DNA from: Planctomycetota bacterium
Lineage (GTDB): Bacteria > Planctomycetota > PLA2
Length of the DNA: 64,000 bases
NCBI GenBank assembly: GCA_021776735.1
Contig: JAJFFH010000028.1
Location: forward strand, 40,240 to 104,239
Direction: 5' to 3'
In this document: positions 59,787 to 64,000 of the stretch, piece by piece
Layout: every line of letters starts with the position of its first letter
Numbering within the stretch: position 1 is the first letter of the stretch
Notes under the pieces: model-generated
What the model saw: only the letters and a program-made list of their open reading frames with translations
Database searches by the model: none
Told to the model about the DNA's origin: nothing
Position numbers and translations under genes: made by a program

Positions 59787-61346
59787 ATGGCCGCCGTGCG
59801 AGGGTTCTTGCTCCTGCCTCTTCTGCGATCCGTTTTCTTGGGGCGATCACCGCTCTTTGGCCTGGCGTTGCTCTTCGGGGTGGCGGCCTGCTCGGAGAGC
59901 GGCCCCACGCCGCCGACCGACTCTCCGGCGGTTTCGTCGAGCGTAAACCCCACGAACGTTCCCGCGAACCCCGGGGAATGGTGGAAGGCGGCGACCGTGC
60001 GGGCGTCGGGCCGCGAGCGCGTGCTGGCGCCGCGGGAACTCCGCGCACTCCTCGACGAGGGGCGGAACCGTGGTTTTGACCGCGACGCGGACTGGTGGAG
60101 CAAGCACGTCGCGTGGGCGCATGCGCGCATCCTCGAAGTGGACCCCGAGGATCCCGACGCGAATGCCGGGGTCGGCAACAAGACGCTCCAGGAGATTCCG
60201 GGCTTTCGCGAGATCTGGGAAAAGATGTTGGCGGCGGATCCGACCGAGGAGATTTCGGAGTTGCTCGACGACTACGAAGTCCAGGTGACTGCCGGCCGGG
60301 CGGTGTATCTCGATGAGCAGGAGTTTGCGCTCCTTACGCAGCGGTTTCGCAAGGCCCAAACGCATCTGGAGCGGGTGGCGGCGGACCCCGAATATGTGGC
60401 CCTGCGCCGCGCCCTGCGCCAGGTTCGCCGGGGTGCGGTGTCGGACTATCCGTTCGTCTATGTGAAGAGCGGCCCGTTCCTCGTCTTTTTTACCGCGCGG
60501 GATCTGCAGATGATTTCCGGCGAGGACGAGGCGCTGGAGCGGCAGCGGCTCACGGCGCGGCGCGCGTTCTATCGCAAGAGTCTCGAGAAGTGGGTGGGGG
60601 TGTATTCCGAACTCGTCGCGGATCTGGCCAAGGCGTATCCCCAACTCTGGAAGCAGCGGCGGCCGGGCAAGGGCGACCTCTTTTGCCAATGGGTCTTCGG
60701 CGAGCGCGAGTGGTACGTCTCGTTTGCGGAGCGGGTGCGCAAGGACGGGGCCGAGGCACCGTACCGGTGCGGCTTCTATCACGGCGGGACGGGCTGGGCG
60801 TACCTCTACGACCCGGAGGCGGCCGGTGACAAAGACGGCCGTGCGGACGCGGCCGAGGTCCGCCGCGAGTCCGCCGCGTACCTGGCCGCGACCCAGCTTC
60901 TGCGCCATTGGGGGGACGACCCGAACGATCGGACGATGAACCGCCTCGACCGCTCGCGGGCCTATTGGCTCAAGGAGGGCTGGCCCGCCTACATCGCCAC
61001 GCGGCAGATGAAAACACCGATCGTAGGCCGTGTCTTTCAGACGAAGTGGACGTTGCCTCCTCTTCGTGATGTCATCCAACGACGCAGCCGACTGGATCGC
61101 AGCGCGTTGTTGCAGCGGCAAGGCGACGCGTGGGACGGGCGGACGCTTCCCGGCGGCGGTTACACCGATCTCGCTTGCCATGTCGTGCGGTGGCTCCACG
61201 AGCACAAGAAAGACGCTCTTCTGCGGTTTCTCGAGTCCCAGACCGGCGGGGGCAAACGCGGGATCGCCTGGTTCGAGGAGTGCTTTGGGATCGGCAAAGC
61301 CGGCTGGGGCAGGTTCGAGAACGGCGTGTACGCGGGTCTCCGGTAG
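59787..61346 (+). CDS. Lipoprotein with degenerate gluzincin/DUF1570-like domain
   Basis: Lipobox VAAC; WLKEG motif; paralogous to the next gene. Confidence 0.65.
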   Translation: MAAVRGFLLLPLLRSVFLGRSPLFGLALLFGVAACSESGPTPPTDSPAVSSSVNPTNVPANPGEWWKAATVRASGRERVLAPRELRALLDEGRNRGFDRDADWWSKHVAWAHARILEVDPEDPDANAGVGNKTLQEIPGFREIWEKMLAADPTEEISELLDDYEVQVTAGRAVYLDEQEFALLTQRFRKAQTHLERVAADPEYVALRRALRQVRRGAVSDYPFVYVKSGPFLVFFTARDLQMISGEDEALERQRLTARRAFYRKSLEKWVGVYSELVADLAKAYPQLWKQRRPGKGDLFCQWVFGEREWYVSFAERVRKDGAEAPYRCGFYHGGTGWAYLYDPEAAGDKDGRADAAEVRRESAAYLAATQLLRHWGDDPNDRTMNRLDRSRAYWLKEGWPAYIATRQMKTPIVGRVFQTKWTLPPLRDVIQRRSRLDRSALLQRQGDAWDGRTLPGGGYTDLACHVVRWLHEHKKDALLRFLESQTGGGKRGIAWFEECFGIGKAGWGRFENGVYAGLR

Positions 61347-61444
61347 GTTTTTTTTGGTCCGCGGATAGATTTCGGCTCGACAACAGACTCCAGTCCAGAA
61401 CAGACTCCGGGATATCCCGGGACTTCGGCCAAAGGTAGATCACG

Positions 61445-63379
61445 ATGCGACGACAACAGTGCAGTCAGTGCGGGACGATGCTCGATGTTTCGAACCTCGA
61501 GAAGGAGGCGAGATTCGCGTGCTCGAACTGCGGCGCGATCCTCGTCGTGGGTGCGGCCGTCGCCGTGAAGCGCTCCTTGAAAGAGGGGACCGGATTCCAG
61601 CGGAAGTCCCAGGACGGCGATGCGCCGGCGCCCCAGGTAACGAGTCGCCGCCGCCGCGCTGCCGGCACGGGCGGCACCGGAGGCACGGCGGCTGGCGCCG
61701 GAGATTCCGGCGAGCACACCGGTCGCGGTCGTTCCCGGGAGCGCGCCGAGGCGGGGGGCAAGTCCAAGCTGCCGCTGCTTATCGGGATCGGCGTGGTCGC
61801 CGTGGTCGGGGCCATCATCGCGATTTCGTCGATGGGTAGCGGCCCTGCGAAAGAGACCAAGGCCCAGCGCGCCAATCGCTGGTGGATGAACGTCGGCATG
61901 ATCCGGGGGGGCGAGAAGGGCCGGCTTGAGGAGATTTTGGCCGAAGCCAAGACCGAGGGGTACGACCAGGACGCGGCGTGGTGGGCGCCGAAGCGCAAGG
62001 ACGTGATGGACGCCCTGTTTGCGGCCGACCCCTCCCACGAGCTGGCGAACCGCGAGCGGGGCCGCAAATGCCTGAACACCGATGTGCCGGGATTCGCGAG
62101 GATCTTTGAGCAGATGAACGATGCGTATGCCGACGCACCCGACAAGTTCAAGAAGTTCGTGGACCGGTACACCTCCAAGGTCGATCGCAAGAAGAAGGTG
62201 TGGCTCTCCACGGGGCGGTTCGAAGCGGCGCAAGGACTGCTCGGCGAGTTCGCGGCGTGGAAGAAGAAGCGCGACGCAAACCCGGCGGGGCGGTTCGTAA
62301 CCAAGGCCATCGCGGCGGCCAAGCAGCTCTTTCGAGGCAAGGAGTTCGCCCATGCCGTCGCCGGCCCGTGGATCCTCCTGACTCCTTTCGACGCGGATCC
62401 GGCGGGCGCGGATGGCACCGCGACACTGCGCAAGGACAAGTCCGCTCACGCCGCGAAGGTCGCCGCCGTGCTGCCCGTCGCTCTCGCGCAGTGGACCGCA
62501 AAAATCGCCAAGCCGCTGGGCCTTCCCGCTTTCAGGAAGGACTACTACTTCAAGGTGCTGCTCTGCGAGACGCCGGCCGGTCTCGCGACCTATCTACGTA
62601 ATCGTCGCGCCGAGGACACGGCTGCCGGCGGCCAAATCGGACCCGAGCTTGTCGGTTTCTTCCGCCACGACACGAAGTGGGCGGGCGCGTCCGCGATCGA
62701 CGACGAAGCGCTCAAGCCGTATGTTGCGCAGGATCTGGCGCATGTGGCCATCCACCAACTCCAGCAGTACCACTCGCAGGATCCGAAGGACAAGTATGAG
62801 AACTGGTTCGACGAGTGGAACACGAAGTGGCTCAACGAAGGGCTCGCGGAATGGCTGGGGGGCGGCGTGCAACTCGACGCCGCAAGCGGCAAGGCGACGT
62901 TCACGGGATACGCAAAACGGAGGATCGAGTTCCTGCGTCAGATGAAGGACAACGGTGTACCGCTGATGCCGATCCGCGACATCGTGCAACTCAACAGTCT
63001 TGAGGATTGGGGCAGCTTCTACGCGACTTGGGCCGGCACGCTCCGCGGCGACGATGACATCGGTGAAGCGACGGTGACTTGGCTCAACGGGTTGCGCGGG
63101 GGGACCCGCAAGTGCTTTTACGCGCACTCCTGGTATCTGGTCCACTTCCTCCACGAGGGCAAGGACGGCAAGTACCGCGAGCAGTTTCTCGCGTTCGTCA
63201 AAACGGCGCTCCGCGGAAAGTACAAGCCCGAAAAGTACGCCAAGAGGCCGCGCGACCGCTGGATCAACCCGTTCGACGCGTTCCAGGACATCTTCGGCCT
63301 AAACGATGCGGCGCAATGGGAGAAGCTCCAAAAGGACTACGCGCGCTACCTCAAGCGAATGCTGCGCGACGCCGAGTAG
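61445..63379 (+). CDS. Zinc-ribbon + TM + gluzincin/DUF1570-like protein
   Basis: CSQC..CSNC; TM LPLLIGIGVVAVVGAIIAI; HVAIH..WLNEGLAE; YAHSWYLVHFL. Confidence 0.72.
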   Translation: MRRQQCSQCGTMLDVSNLEKEARFACSNCGAILVVGAAVAVKRSLKEGTGFQRKSQDGDAPAPQVTSRRRRAAGTGGTGGTAAGAGDSGEHTGRGRSRERAEAGGKSKLPLLIGIGVVAVVGAIIAISSMGSGPAKETKAQRANRWWMNVGMIRGGEKGRLEEILAEAKTEGYDQDAAWWAPKRKDVMDALFAADPSHELANRERGRKCLNTDVPGFARIFEQMNDAYADAPDKFKKFVDRYTSKVDRKKKVWLSTGRFEAAQGLLGEFAAWKKKRDANPAGRFVTKAIAAAKQLFRGKEFAHAVAGPWILLTPFDADPAGADGTATLRKDKSAHAAKVAAVLPVALAQWTAKIAKPLGLPAFRKDYYFKVLLCETPAGLATYLRNRRAEDTAAGGQIGPELVGFFRHDTKWAGASAIDDEALKPYVAQDLAHVAIHQLQQYHSQDPKDKYENWFDEWNTKWLNEGLAEWLGGGVQLDAASGKATFTGYAKRRIEFLRQMKDNGVPLMPIRDIVQLNSLEDWGSFYATWAGTLRGDDDIGEATVTWLNGLRGGTRKCFYAHSWYLVHFLHEGKDGKYREQFLAFVKTALRGKYKPEKYAKRPRDRWINPFDAFQDIFGLNDAAQWEKLQKDYARYLKRMLRDAE

Positions 63380-63382
63380 GTG

Positions 63383-63775
63383 CTACTTGCCCTGCGGCAC
63401 ATAGAAGTCATAGCCCGGGATCTTCTCCCGTACCCGGGCCAGGGCGTCCTCGTCCTCGGCTTCCGTGTACGCGCGGAACCCGTCGCGCCAACGGCCCGCG
63501 GCTTCGGCGGCTTCGCCCGCGCGGAGCCAATGGTCCGGCGTGACCTCGTGGCCATCGCGCCGTAGTGAGACCAGGAGCCACGGGAGGCCGTTTTTTTGGG
63601 CCAGTTCGCGCATGCGGGCGATGCTGTTTTGGTCGTCGGCGAGGATGAACAGTTCCAGGGCCTCCGCGAGTCGCCCTTCCCTGAGAAAGAGCTCACCGGT
63701 CGTCACGCGGAGTTCGTTCGTGGTCTTCTCGCCGTACTTGATTTCGCGGAGTTCGAGCGTGTCGGGCAGCGCCAT
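63383..63775 (-). CDS. Small TPR-like helical protein
   Basis: GRLAEALELF and GRWRDGFRAY helical repeats; GC3-biased codons. Confidence 0.65.
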   Translation of the reverse strand: MALPDTLELREIKYGEKTTNELRVTTGELFLREGRLAEALELFILADDQNSIARMRELAQKNGLPWLLVSLRRDGHEVTPDHWLRAGEAAEAAGRWRDGFRAYTEAEDEDALARVREKIPGYDFYVPQGK

Positions 63776-63933
63776 GGCGCGAGTTTATCCGGTCCCGCTA
63801 GCGAAACGGCGTGAATTCGCGTAACCGATTGATACTGCTCCGGTTACGCCCAAAACTCGCTTCCGGCGCGGGTTTTGAGGGTCGAAACGGTCGTAAACGC
63901 TTGCGGCAAAGGGGGTTCGGCCAAAAAAAGCGG

Positions 63934-63961
63934 TTGACGGCGTGCCAACCGATTCTAGATT
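63934..63961 (+). promoter_or_regulatory. Possible sigma70 promoter for a gene beyond the right edge
   Basis: TTGACG-N16-TAGATT in AT-richer intergenic DNA. Confidence 0.35.
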
Positions 63962-64000
63962 CGGTGTCGTAAGAGCCGATGTACAAAGGGAATAAGACGA

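Overview
GC-rich bacterial chromosomal segment, most likely Planctomycetota (inference from the TIGR02999-type ECF sigma/Ser-Thr kinase pair, ECF sigma fusions, CRTAC1/ASPIC-UnbV, PEP-CTERM, and nusA without rimP). In order it holds: a divergent porin/multiheme cytochrome cluster (18-heme and 10-heme proteins); four ECF sigma factors, three fused to extracytoplasmic domains; a PEP-CTERM protein with a perfect (GGACCA)18 repeat; a five-gene vWA / dynamin-like GTPase / Hsp70-fold / coiled-coil / GrpE-like operon; polX-nth; tRNA-Lys; nrdJ with NrdR boxes; tRNA-His; nusA-infB-DUF503-rbfA; a sigma54 two-component pair; HPS-RraA-thiS-thiG; and several envelope proteins. No CRISPR array, rRNA or mobile element was seen. 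The most striking signal not explained by genes is a non-palindromic motif, GCNN-ACGGACGGCGATG-Y, found by eye as 11 exact 13-mer copies in both orientations, three reading frames and intergenic DNA. Other leads are the operon above and an ECF sigma that shares an identical promoter-like motif with a free paralog of its own C-terminal domain. All calls come from reading the sequence; no database searches were run.
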